From positions 270,864 through 334,863 of the forward strand of contig CAWHDT010000007.1 in the NCBI GenBank assembly GCA_963828195.1: a DNA stretch of 64,000 bases, read 5' to 3'. The stretch is from Candidatus Bathyarchaeota archaeon (GTDB lineage: Archaea > Thermoproteota > Bathyarchaeia > Bathyarchaeales > Bathycorpusculaceae). The notes beneath the pieces were generated by a model. That model worked only from the letters and a program-made list of their open reading frames with translations. It ran no database searches and was not told the origin of the DNA. Positions 29,886 through 39,469 of this stretch are shown in pieces (position 1 is the first letter of the stretch; each line of letters starts with the position of its first letter). The position numbers and the translations under genes were made by a program.

Positions 29886-31310
29886 TTATGCTTGTTTGGG
29901 TTTTTTTCCGATGTGTGTTACCGTCAACCTTGCCCGCCAAATTAGATGGTTCGTAGCGGCTCGAGCCATTATTCTGCTGTAAGAGTTGCTCTTCACTGAT
30001 TGCCGAAGAACATAAAGCGGCGAGTAGAAGCTGTTGCAGAAGTCGGTTCTGATTTTTTTGATGTCTTCTGGCGATAAATTCGGGTTTTCGAAAACTGGGT
30101 TTGACAGGTCGTAGAGGCTCCAGTCAGGAGACATTTTCCAGCCTTTGTTCTGAATGATTGTGTAGAGTTCGCTGCCGGGGGAAGGGGTTGCTACGCACAG
30201 GAAGGCGTCGTCAGGTTTCATTTTTCGAATAAAATCAAGGGTTTGCTTTATCGTATCTTTTGTTTCGCCTGGATACCCAATGACTACGGATATGGCGACG
30301 AATATGCCTGCTTCCTTAGCCCACTTAATCGCTTGTTCATTTTGTTCAATCGAAGTTTTCTTACCCATTTCTTTAAGAATCTGTGGGCTGCCCGTTTCGA
30401 CTCCGAAGAAAATCTCGAGGCATCCGGCTTCAGCCATTTTAAACACCATTTCTTTAGAAATCGTGTTGACGCGTGATTGGCAGTCCCATGGAAGATTAAT
30501 TTTTCTGCTCTTTATGTCGTCGCAGATGTCGTAGATTCTTTTTTTGTCGTAGGTTAACATGTCGTCGTAGAAACTGAACGCTTCAGCTCCAAAAGTGTTC
30601 TTTAGCCACTCTAGCTCGTCCACGACGTTTTTGGGGCTTCTCATTCGAAAAGTGTTATGATACATTTTGTGGGTGACGCAGAATGAGCATGTAAAGGGGC
30701 ATCCTCGGCTGGTTACGACTGGAAGTATTCGTCTCCCGAAGAGCCGATACATGTCTAGCGGAAAATATTTGTAGGCTGGTCTTGGCAGCGCGTCGAGGTC
30801 TTCAATGCATGGTCTATCTGGGTTTCGGACTATTTGCTTGTTGCTTCTAAAAGTTATGCCCTTAACGTTGCGAAGACCCTTTGGATCATTCATGTTCTGG
30901 ATGAGTTCAGGCAAGGTTTCTTCGCCTTCCGCTCTAACAACAAAATCTACGGCTGCTTCATCATTCAGAATTTGTTCGCCCATAAACGTAGCGTGTAATC
31001 CGCCGATAACAACTTTGGTGTTAGGGCAGGCTTCTTTGGCAGCACGAGCGGCTAAAAAAGCTGACACTATTGTGGGAGTCATGGAGCTGATGCCGACTAA
31101 ATCGGGTCCAAAAGAGGCTAACTCTTCCCTTAATTTATCATGGTTGATTTTGAGAGCTGGGCAATCTATGACTTTTATTTCGTACCCAGCGTTTTCAAGT
31201 ACAGCCGCCAAATAGGCTAAGTTGATGGGCAAGTAAATCTGGTGCCACGATGCCCCTTTCATGATGGGAGCATTCACCAAAGCTATTTTGACGCTTTTTT
31301 TCTCCGCCAT
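29886..31310 (-). CDS. Cobalamin-binding (class B) radical SAM protein
   Basis: N-terminal B12 domain (PINLAYLAAVL, VGIS, GGLHAT), TSRGCPFTCSFC, GVETG, GYPGET. Confidence 0.92.
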   Translation of the reverse strand: MAEKKSVKIALVNAPIMKGASWHQIYLPINLAYLAAVLENAGYEIKVIDCPALKINHDKLREELASFGPDLVGISSMTPTIVSAFLAARAAKEACPNTKVVIGGLHATFMGEQILNDEAAVDFVVRAEGEETLPELIQNMNDPKGLRNVKGITFRSNKQIVRNPDRPCIEDLDALPRPAYKYFPLDMYRLFGRRILPVVTSRGCPFTCSFCVTHKMYHNTFRMRSPKNVVDELEWLKNTFGAEAFSFYDDMLTYDKKRIYDICDDIKSRKINLPWDCQSRVNTISKEMVFKMAEAGCLEIFFGVETGSPQILKEMGKKTSIEQNEQAIKWAKEAGIFVAISVVIGYPGETKDTIKQTLDFIRKMKPDDAFLCVATPSPGSELYTIIQNKGWKMSPDWSLYDLSNPVFENPNLSPEDIKKIRTDFCNSFYSPLYVLRQSVKSNSYSRIMARAATNHLIWRARLTVTHIGKKPKQA

Positions 31311-31564
31311 GCATATCAACCGAAATTAATCAAGTGTGAAAACGTGTGATAACTGGTTTTACAGTGAATATTTTAAGGAGTTTTGGTTTATCTATATTTC
31401 CACTTTCTCAGCAGGTTAATTGGATATTGTCTAAAACACAGTTCCCATTTTTATATACTTTCTGCTTTAATGCCGGAAGGAAAAGCAGTTTTATTTTTTG
31501 ACGTTTCGCTTCTGGCTCGGGCTGGTCAAATCTGAAAGAGCTAAGAACTAGCGGAAAACCAGAT

Positions 31565-32950
31565 TCAGAGTCGGAGCTTGGACTTAGCTGCTCTTACGAG
31601 ATGCGCAAAAGCTGTTCTGGTCAGCGAAAAACCGTATACGCCTCCTTTGGAGAACATGTGGATTACATAGCTGGGTCGGAGAAAGAACCTTTGAAAAGCC
31701 TGCTCTCGGATATCTCTTAGTTCTTGCATGGTTAATGCTGGAATTTCAAACGTAGGGGTCGCCGTATCATACTTGTCAAAGTCAGTTATCTTTAGCCAAC
31801 CGTTTTTTTTGACAAAATCATACATGGGCGTTCCTGGATAGGGCGTAGCAATGTAGTAACCCACAGCCTCCGGACTTATTCTCTGCACAAGATCAACAGT
31901 CGCCAAAGCAGTTTCCCTGGTTTCGCCTGGAAAACCCAGAATCGCGCTTGCAACGGTCATCAATCCAAGCTCTTTTGCCCAGTTAAAAGCCCTTATCGTC
32001 TGGGCAATTGAGAATCCTTTGCCCATGGAATTTATAACTTTCTGCGAGCCTGATTCCACTCCAAACCAAACAGCAATGCAGCCAGCCGCCTTCATTTTGC
32101 CAAGCAACTCTTTAGTAACCATGTCCACTCGGGTTCCGCAGTCCCATTTTATCTTCAATTTCCTTTTTTGTATCTCCGAGCATATTTCCTCAACCCTGCC
32201 TTGATCAACGGTGAATGCGTCATCATAAAACGTAAACTGGTTCGCACCGTAGGTTCTGTGCAGAAACTCAAGTTCATCCACGACGTTTTTGGCGCTTCGC
32301 ATACGGTAACCTCGCCCGAACATTCTGACTGCCGTACAGAAGTCACACCAGTAAACGCAGCCGCGGCTCGTCACCAATGGAAATATTATTGTTCCATATT
32401 TTCGAAGGTGCTCCATAGGCCAAAGATTGTGGGCAGGAAATGGGAGGCTATCAAGATCTTTGATGTACGGTCTATCCGGGTTCTGAACGATTTTCCCGTC
32501 AACTCTGCAAGTTGTGCCTATCACATCAGAATAATTTTCGTGTGCTTCAACTCGCTGCACCAGCTCCAAAATGGTGTTTTCGCCCTCTCTCCTCAAAATA
32601 ACGTCTAATTGTGGGCATTCCTGAAGGGCTTCTTGACCCCAAAACGTAACGTGGCAACCGCCCATAACTGTTAAGCAGTTGGGACAGGCTGCCTTAGCTA
32701 TTTTCGCTATTCTCAGACCTGATTTATAAGTAAGCGTTGTTGAGGTTATGCCGACGACGTCGGGGCGGCGCTTGGCAATTTCATTTTTGAACCCAGCGTA
32801 TGAAAGCTGAAGTGCTTGGCAGTCGATAACGTCAACTTCAAACTTGTTTTTCAACAAAACAGCAGCCAAATACCCAAGACCCAACGGGGTAAAGGGCGGA
32901 TGCTGATGAGAGCCACTTGGGTACGGGGGATTTACAAGGGTCACATGCAT
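31565..32950 (-). CDS. Cobalamin-binding (class B) radical SAM protein
   Basis: PLGLGYLAAVL, GGCHVT, TSRGCVYWCDFC, GVESG, GFPGET, TPYPGT. Confidence 0.92.
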   Translation of the reverse strand: MHVTLVNPPYPSGSHQHPPFTPLGLGYLAAVLLKNKFEVDVIDCQALQLSYAGFKNEIAKRRPDVVGITSTTLTYKSGLRIAKIAKAACPNCLTVMGGCHVTFWGQEALQECPQLDVILRREGENTILELVQRVEAHENYSDVIGTTCRVDGKIVQNPDRPYIKDLDSLPFPAHNLWPMEHLRKYGTIIFPLVTSRGCVYWCDFCTAVRMFGRGYRMRSAKNVVDELEFLHRTYGANQFTFYDDAFTVDQGRVEEICSEIQKRKLKIKWDCGTRVDMVTKELLGKMKAAGCIAVWFGVESGSQKVINSMGKGFSIAQTIRAFNWAKELGLMTVASAILGFPGETRETALATVDLVQRISPEAVGYYIATPYPGTPMYDFVKKNGWLKITDFDKYDTATPTFEIPALTMQELRDIREQAFQRFFLRPSYVIHMFSKGGVYGFSLTRTAFAHLVRAAKSKLRL

Positions 32951-33157
32951 CTTTATGTTTCGTCCATGAACGTTTATCGGTTCACAAGTACATGCGGTCG
33001 TGTGCTTAATATTTTTTGCATAATTTCTTGATAAACATTTAAAATAAAAAGCGAGCAGCTAAAGTGGAACAAGTGGTTTTTGAATTTACTGTTACTGCAT
33101 TATAATCAAAAAAGGATGAATAAAAAAGGCTAAATTTGGGCTCTGATTGACTGCAAT

Positions 33158-34270
33158 CTAAGCTTTTTTGGAGATTGGTTTTTTCGGTTTGGATAGTCTC
33201 TCGTGGGCTTGGTCTAGCATTTTGGTTATGGGCACTTTGTAGGTGCATTTTGGCTCGCATACGCCGCATTTGGTGCAGTTGTCAACTTTGACTGAAAGTC
33301 GCTCGTAAACCTCTCGGGTCCAATCTGTTATTCCATAGTAAGTGAAGTATTTGTCGAGTCCAAGTATCAAAGGTATGTTCAAGCCTTCTGGACAACGCAG
33401 ACAAAGATCACATTCTCGACAGAAAGGTTCTGGAGGCAACTCGCCGAATCTAAGATCAGCTTTTTCTTTTGCGGTCAAACCTGTGAAATTCTCGCCGACC
33501 TTCGCAGCGGATTCAACTTCCCCTATGTTGCTGAAACCTGAAATGGCTGTGGCAACGTCATGCGCTAAAACGTATTTGAGCGCGCGTTCAGTCATGATTT
33601 TTCCTTCGCCGAAGATACGGATGAATTCGGCTTTTTCAGGCACTATCTTTGCCAACTCATGCTGCACGAACCGCATGTTTGGTCCTCCGAAGGGTTTCAT
33701 CGCAACCACGCCGACATCTAGCTTCTTGGCGAGAGGTAACAGCTCCTCGGTTGCCTCGCGGTTAATGATGTTGAATGGAGCAAGAATCATGTCGAATTCG
33801 CCGATCTGAACCGCTTTTGCTAAAATGTGGGGTCTGTGACCTGAAACCCCGATGAAGTTAAGCTTGCCCTGCGATCGGAGTTCTTTGAGGACAGAAAGTG
33901 CGCTTTTTTCTTCAATGACCTGCTTTAATGTTCTTTCGTTGTCGATGTGTTGAAGTATGACTATATCGACATGGTCGGTCCGAAGTTTATGCAAACTCTG
34001 CTTTATATCAACACGAGCAGCGTCAAGATCAAATAAATGGTACGTTTTAGTGGTGATTACCACTTCGTCTCTGACATCTTCCAAAGCTATGCCAACTTTC
34101 TCCTCGCTGTTACCATAAATGCGTGCAGTGTCAAAGTATGTGACTCCTAAGTCATAGGCACGTCTTAGCATCGCAACTGCGTTCTCCACGCTCTCTGGAA
34201 CAATCCATTCTCCGCCAAACCCAATAACTGAAACGTCGAGATTAGTTCTTCCAAGTCGCCGCTTTTTCAT
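33158..34270 (-). CDS. Aldo/keto reductase with C-terminal 4Fe-4S dicluster domain
   Basis: RRLGRT, DTARIYG, TK, AMKP; CRECDLCLRCP and CTKCGVCEPKC. Confidence 0.9.
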   Translation of the reverse strand: MKKRRLGRTNLDVSVIGFGGEWIVPESVENAVAMLRRAYDLGVTYFDTARIYGNSEEKVGIALEDVRDEVVITTKTYHLFDLDAARVDIKQSLHKLRTDHVDIVILQHIDNERTLKQVIEEKSALSVLKELRSQGKLNFIGVSGHRPHILAKAVQIGEFDMILAPFNIINREATEELLPLAKKLDVGVVAMKPFGGPNMRFVQHELAKIVPEKAEFIRIFGEGKIMTERALKYVLAHDVATAISGFSNIGEVESAAKVGENFTGLTAKEKADLRFGELPPEPFCRECDLCLRCPEGLNIPLILGLDKYFTYYGITDWTREVYERLSVKVDNCTKCGVCEPKCTYKVPITKMLDQAHERLSKPKKPISKKA

Positions 34271-34541
34271 GTCCTGACCCCATTTACAAGGCTGGAAATA
34301 TACTAGTTTTAACTAATAAACTTTGGCAAAAACATTGACCTCGACGAAATACGTTGGCACAACCTTGCAAGCGACCCAAAACATGCCAAAAGATGTGACG
34401 ACTGACTCAACGTCGAGGGAAAACGGCGCGTTAACTGCTCAGCACAGAATTTCGTCACAATCGGTCATGATATCGGCAAACTGGACTTTTGCAAAATTGT
34501 TAAATATTTCTGCCTTATCTTTAGGGGACAAGAGTGGTTGA

Positions 34542-35246
34542 ATGAAGGTTGCTGCTTTCTGGGGTGGGGGCAAAGAATGCTGCTTAGCATATTACAAGGC
34601 GACAAAGCAGGGTCACGACGTTACGTTTCTTTTGACATGGAAGTACATGGAACCGTACGTTTTCCACAGCCTTCCAATTATGGAGATGCAGTCCAAGGCC
34701 ATGAGGACGCCTCAAGTCAAAGTTGAGATTAAAAATCTTAAAGATCCCATTCAAGAAATGCATGACGCCCTCGCTCGTCTAAAAAAAGAGACCGGAATCG
34801 AAGGCATCGTAACAGGCGACATCACCGGGGTGGGATGCGCTCAAGTGCACTCTGCCTATTATGAACCTATGTGCGAGGATTTAGGCATTAAATTAGTTAT
34901 GCCAATTGTGAATCCTTCAGGAAATACTTACGACGTTTTAAAAGAGGAAATATCTTCAGGTCTGCACCCCATCATGAACTGCGTAAACTCGGCTTTCTTT
35001 AGCGAAGAATGGTTAGGTCGGGAACTCAACGAAGAATCCATCAAGGAATTAAAGGAGCTTACCGAGAAACATGACATAGGCGTCTGCAGCGAATTTGGAA
35101 TAGGCTACCACACAATGGTTTTAGATGCGCCGTTCTTTAAAGAAAGGCTTGAAATCAGCAAGTTCAGCAAAGAAGTTTACCACGAAAAGAAGAGATCCTG
35201 GCTTTACTTGAACAGCAAAGAGGTTCTGCTAAAACCAAAAAAATAG
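34542..35246 (+). CDS. Divergent DUF71/Dph6-like protein, copy 2
   Basis: WGGGKECC in place of SGGKDS, TGDI, WLGR, GYHTMVLDAPFFK. Confidence 0.8.
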   Translation: MKVAAFWGGGKECCLAYYKATKQGHDVTFLLTWKYMEPYVFHSLPIMEMQSKAMRTPQVKVEIKNLKDPIQEMHDALARLKKETGIEGIVTGDITGVGCAQVHSAYYEPMCEDLGIKLVMPIVNPSGNTYDVLKEEISSGLHPIMNCVNSAFFSEEWLGRELNEESIKELKELTEKHDIGVCSEFGIGYHTMVLDAPFFKERLEISKFSKEVYHEKKRSWLYLNSKEVLLKPKK

Positions 35247-35283
35247 TTTTTTGACAAGTCCGTCTATCAAAAACCTAACACTT

Positions 35284-36687
35284 TTATTTGCGGCGAAACT
35301 GTTCACAACCTTTGATGAAGTTTTGGGCGAATTCTTTGCTAAATGCGAAGTCAAGGTGCCCGAGCAATGCAAGACTGTTGTATTCCATTAACCCTTCATG
35401 TTTTCCATCTATTCCTTTGCCTATCTGCATCTTGAAGGCAAACCGAGAATCTTTAGGAACCTCTGGAATCTTTGAAAAGTGATACTCGTGTCCGTGAATA
35501 ACTTTTCCTGTATGAGTCAATAAATTATCGTTGATTGTCTCCATAAGAGTTGAATCCAGTGCCTGAAGCCTCTTATCCATCAAGGCTTTTCCTGGAAGCG
35601 CCCCAACCATGGAAAAAACCGATCCGTCAAAGTTCGTTATCGATTCCGCCAAATACAGAGTCCCGCCATGTTCGCTATACGTTGGCAGTCCATCTTCAAT
35701 GGCATTTTTGATGCTTTTCCTCATCGTTTGGTTTTCGGCAAGTTTATCTGCTAACACATCAGGGAAGCCACCTGGAAAGTATAAACCGTCAAGATCTGGC
35801 GGCAATTTTTTGTCATGCATAGGGCTGAAAAACAATGTTTCTGCTCCGTATGCCCTAAGAAGATCAATATTTTCCTGATAATAAAAATTGAAAGCTTCAT
35901 CAAGTGCCAAGCCCAATCTAACTTTTTTCTCCTTCGGCTGAAGCGGATAAACTTCGTTGACTATAGTGGGCAGTTCCTCCGCATTTTTGGCTATGTCAAG
36001 TATTTTGTCAGTGTCAATGCGTTCGCCAACATATTCAACAAGCTTAGCAAGAGTTGTCTTCAATGTTTCTCTTTGAGAAATCGGAATAAGTCCGCCAAGC
36101 CTGGTGGGTAAGAAGATTTCCTCGCTGAAGGGAATCACGCCAAATACAGGCACCTTCGTGTTTGATTCAACAGTTTGTTTCATCCATTCTGCCTGTGTCT
36201 TACTTCGTACATTGTTCAGGACGACGCCTTTGACTTTTACTTTTTCGTCAAACGACTCGAAACCATGAACAACGGCGGCGGCATTCATGCGCATGCCAGT
36301 AACATCTAAAACCAAAATAACATCTGCCTTCAAGATTTTGGCTATCTGCGCGGTGCTTCCAAAATCCTGTAGACCATCAATCTCGCGTGTCAGACCGTCG
36401 AAGAGCCCCATAAATCCCTCAATCACGGCTACGTCAGCGTCTATGCAGGAGTTCTCGAAAATCTCTAACACCGTTCGCGGCGATGTGAGCCAAGGATCCA
36501 AGTGCATTGAAGGTCTTTTGGCAACTTCTGTGTGATAGCCTGCGTCAAGGTAGTCTGGACCTACTTTGAAGGGTTGAACCTTAAGTCCCCTTTTCCTAAA
36601 AGCCCCCATTACTCCTGTGGCAACTGTTGTTTTACCGCCCTCGCCATAAAGGCCTGCAATAACGACTCGAGGAATGTTCATTCTCAT
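35284..36687 (-). CDS. cbiA: Cobyrinate a,c-diamide synthase CbiA/CfbB-like, glutaminase Cys absent
   Basis: GKTT, FKVGPDY, EGFMGLFDG, DEAFNFYY, GGFP, YSEHGG (canonical ECGG), GHEYHFS. Confidence 0.85.
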   Translation of the reverse strand: MRMNIPRVVIAGLYGEGGKTTVATGVMGAFRKRGLKVQPFKVGPDYLDAGYHTEVAKRPSMHLDPWLTSPRTVLEIFENSCIDADVAVIEGFMGLFDGLTREIDGLQDFGSTAQIAKILKADVILVLDVTGMRMNAAAVVHGFESFDEKVKVKGVVLNNVRSKTQAEWMKQTVESNTKVPVFGVIPFSEEIFLPTRLGGLIPISQRETLKTTLAKLVEYVGERIDTDKILDIAKNAEELPTIVNEVYPLQPKEKKVRLGLALDEAFNFYYQENIDLLRAYGAETLFFSPMHDKKLPPDLDGLYFPGGFPDVLADKLAENQTMRKSIKNAIEDGLPTYSEHGGTLYLAESITNFDGSVFSMVGALPGKALMDKRLQALDSTLMETINDNLLTHTGKVIHGHEYHFSKIPEVPKDSRFAFKMQIGKGIDGKHEGLMEYNSLALLGHLDFAFSKEFAQNFIKGCEQFRRK

Positions 36688-36887
36688 TTTTCTCCGTCAA
36701 TATTTTTGACGCCCGCACATGGAGAACAGCTTAACAATTAAGTATGCCGACTATAAGCCTTTTGCAGCGTGTAGCAAGCTTAGACAATTCGGGTTTACCT
36801 CTGCGAAAGCCGAATAATACAAAGTCCTGAGGGGATTACTTTTAAATATTGGCTCGGTGTGGTTTAGGTGCAGTTTAAGGTGTAAAA

Positions 36888-37328
36888 ATGCCCAAGCAGG
36901 AAAAAGGGAAATCCCATTCGATCCGCCCAGTAAGCAGGCGTCCTCCAAGCTGGTGCAAGTATCAGCCTGAGGAAGTAGAGTCATTCATAATAAAACTGGC
37001 CAAGGAAGGCCAATCGATGAGTGGCATAGGCACAATCCTTAGGGATCAATATGCGATTCCACTGGTGAAACCTATTGTTGGCAAAAGCATAAGCGACGTT
37101 TTGAAAGGTGCAGGATTAGCCCCGTCGCTGCCGGAAGATCTCTCAAATCTTATGAAGAAGGCACAGAGCCTCGCGGTCCACATGGACAAAAACAAGAAAG
37201 ACCTACATAACAAACGCAACATGCAAATTATCGAAGCAAGAATCCACAAGCTCTCCAGATATTACAAGCGTGAAGGCGTCTTGCCACAGAACTGGAAGTA
37301 CGCAGCTAAAATCGCTTCCGTAACCTAA
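36888..37328 (+). CDS. rps15: 30S ribosomal protein uS15 (archaeal S15/S13e)
   Basis: GKSHSIRP, IGTILRDQY, LPEDL, KKDLHNKR, WKY. Confidence 0.97.
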   Translation: MPKQEKGKSHSIRPVSRRPPSWCKYQPEEVESFIIKLAKEGQSMSGIGTILRDQYAIPLVKPIVGKSISDVLKGAGLAPSLPEDLSNLMKKAQSLAVHMDKNKKDLHNKRNMQIIEARIHKLSRYYKREGVLPQNWKYAAKIASVT

Positions 37329-37422
37329 ACTCTTTTTTCCTTTAGTTATCGGTTTCCTTTTTCTTTGTTGAGTCGCCAGCTTTAAATTCAATCAGCCCCT
37401 TTAGCCAACAAGTGACCTGAGC

Positions 37423-38889
37423 ATGGCTGTGCAGCAAGAATCAATAGAGCGTTTTTTAGCTTCAGCGGCAGAGGCATCAAAAGTAATTCAGGAAACAGTC
37501 CAGAAAGACGGGTTTATCCATTGTTTTTCACATTTGGACGCCGACGGAATCGCCGCTGCAGGCGTAATAGGAAAAGCTCTCTATCGCCTTGACGCCAAGT
37601 TCAGAATAAGGATCACCCAGCAGCTTGACGAGAAAATCGTCGGTGAAATCGCTGCTGATAAGGCGCAGCTTGTGATTTTAACGGATTTTGGAAGCGGCCA
37701 ACTTGACCTGTTAAACGAGAAAATACCAAATGTTAAGGTTCTTATCCTTGACCATCACCAACCAAACGGCGCTTCAAATAACGAAAAATTTGTTCAGGTC
37801 AACCCTCATATTTTCGGCATTGACGGAGCAACTGATGTTAGCGGCTCAGGCGTAACTTACTTTGTAGCTAAAGCGTTGAATCGGGAGAATGTGGATCTGT
37901 CGCCGATCGCGTTGGTGGGTGCTTTAGGTGACATGCAGGACAAGTATGAGCAGAGAAGCCTGTGCTGCTTGAACGAGATAATCGTGAACGATGCAGTGGC
38001 TGCGGGCTTGCTTAGAGTTGAGAAAGATTTAACGTTCTTCGGCAGAGAAACCCGAGCTATCCATAAAACATTGGCTACAACGACTAACCCGTTTATTCCT
38101 GGCTTAAGCGGAGAAGAAGATAAAGCACTTGTTTTCCTTGCAAACCTGAACATTCCCATCAAACAAGGAGAAAAATGGCGGGCACTCCGCGACCTAAACG
38201 AAGATGAAAAGAAACGTTTATGCTCAGCTTTAGCTGACCACTTGTTATCTAAGGGGTTACATCTGGAAGTTGAGAACCTCATAGGGTACATTTACATTTT
38301 AACCAAAGAAGAACCAAACACTGCGCTGCGTGATGCAAGGGAATTTGCTGTTGTATTGAACTCGACGGGACGCATGGACAGACCAAGTCTTGGCATTGCA
38401 ATCTGCATGGGAGACCGCAAAACAGCGCTTGAGGAATCCAACAAGATACTGGATGATTACCGCAAAAACATAAACAAGTATCTCAGCTGGGTAGCTGAAA
38501 AGCCTGAACGCATGCGAGAACTCCAAAACATCTACGTCATCTACGGCGAGAACTTCATCAACGAAAAAATCGTTGGAACCGTCTCCTCAATAATCGTCTC
38601 GGGACTCGCGAACCCAGAAAAACCGCTTATAGCATTCGCCAACGTAGAAAAAGAACAAGCGTCTAAATTTTCTGCAAGAACAACCGAAGCAGCAATCCGA
38701 AAAGGCGTAAACTTGGGCAACGTTATGCGGTTAGCTTCGGAAGCATATGGCGGCAAAGGCGGAGGACACAATATAGCGGCAGGTGCCCAGGTGCCCACAG
38801 AAAAGATTGGAGACTTCATCAAATCCGTTGATGAACTAGTCGGCAGACAGTTGAAGGGTGAGAAAGTTGGAAGCGAAAATAACTCTTGA
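37423..38889 (+). CDS. recJ: RecJ-like DHH exonuclease (GAN/HAN family)
   Basis: HLDADG, DFGSG, LDHH, GDMQD, GGGHNIAAG; conserved rps15-recJ-pcc1 synteny. Confidence 0.88.
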   Translation: MAVQQESIERFLASAAEASKVIQETVQKDGFIHCFSHLDADGIAAAGVIGKALYRLDAKFRIRITQQLDEKIVGEIAADKAQLVILTDFGSGQLDLLNEKIPNVKVLILDHHQPNGASNNEKFVQVNPHIFGIDGATDVSGSGVTYFVAKALNRENVDLSPIALVGALGDMQDKYEQRSLCCLNEIIVNDAVAAGLLRVEKDLTFFGRETRAIHKTLATTTNPFIPGLSGEEDKALVFLANLNIPIKQGEKWRALRDLNEDEKKRLCSALADHLLSKGLHLEVENLIGYIYILTKEEPNTALRDAREFAVVLNSTGRMDRPSLGIAICMGDRKTALEESNKILDDYRKNINKYLSWVAEKPERMRELQNIYVIYGENFINEKIVGTVSSIIVSGLANPEKPLIAFANVEKEQASKFSARTTEAAIRKGVNLGNVMRLASEAYGGKGGGHNIAAGAQVPTEKIGDFIKSVDELVGRQLKGEKVGSENNS

Positions 38890-39109
38890 GTACGCTGACG
38901 AAAAAACGGCTGAGGCAATCGCCGACGCAGTGTCCCCTGACAACTTCAAAACGCCCGTTGGACTGCAAGTGAAAACACTTCGAGTGGAAAAGAAAGTAGT
39001 AACAAACATTGAGTGGGAAGGCAAAATAGCCACTTTCACCGCCACCATCGACGACCTGCTTTTCAGCGCATCAACAGCGGAAAAAACACTCAAAACAATC
39101 ACAAAGTAA
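38858..39109 (+). CDS. pcc1: KEOPS complex subunit Pcc1
   Basis: ITLEY..AEAIADAVSPDN...TFTATIDDLL; synteny. Confidence 0.8.
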   Translation: MRKLEAKITLEYADEKTAEAIADAVSPDNFKTPVGLQVKTLRVEKKVVTNIEWEGKIATFTATIDDLLFSASTAEKTLKTITK

Positions 39110-39137
39110 AATATTCGACAATAAGCCTGCACTTTGC

Positions 39138-39318
39138 TGAATCATGTTTGAAGCCTAATAGGCGCATCTAGTAGACCCTGAAGCCTTTTTTGCATAATCG
39201 GCGTTTTTCAAGTCCCGCCTAAATCTTCAAAGTAAGCTCTAAACCAAAAAACCAACTAAAACAAACCTGATCCTAAACCCGCCTACCTACAGAGGGGTCT
39301 AGTATTTACACCAAAAAA
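39138..39318 (-). repeat. Bipartite intergenic repeat, copy 2
   Basis: Inverted counterpart of 6883-7003 with a longer internal spacer. Confidence 0.85.
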
Positions 39319-39469
39319 CCAACGCAAAAAACTAAGACAACAAACAATAGCATAGATATGCGCAAAGTTTATGGAAGCTTGAGGGTTTGTTTGCCGTTTA
39401 ACTTACGGTCGAATTATGGTGTGAAACACTGCAAAGTAAATAAATAAGCGAACACAACATTAACGAAAC

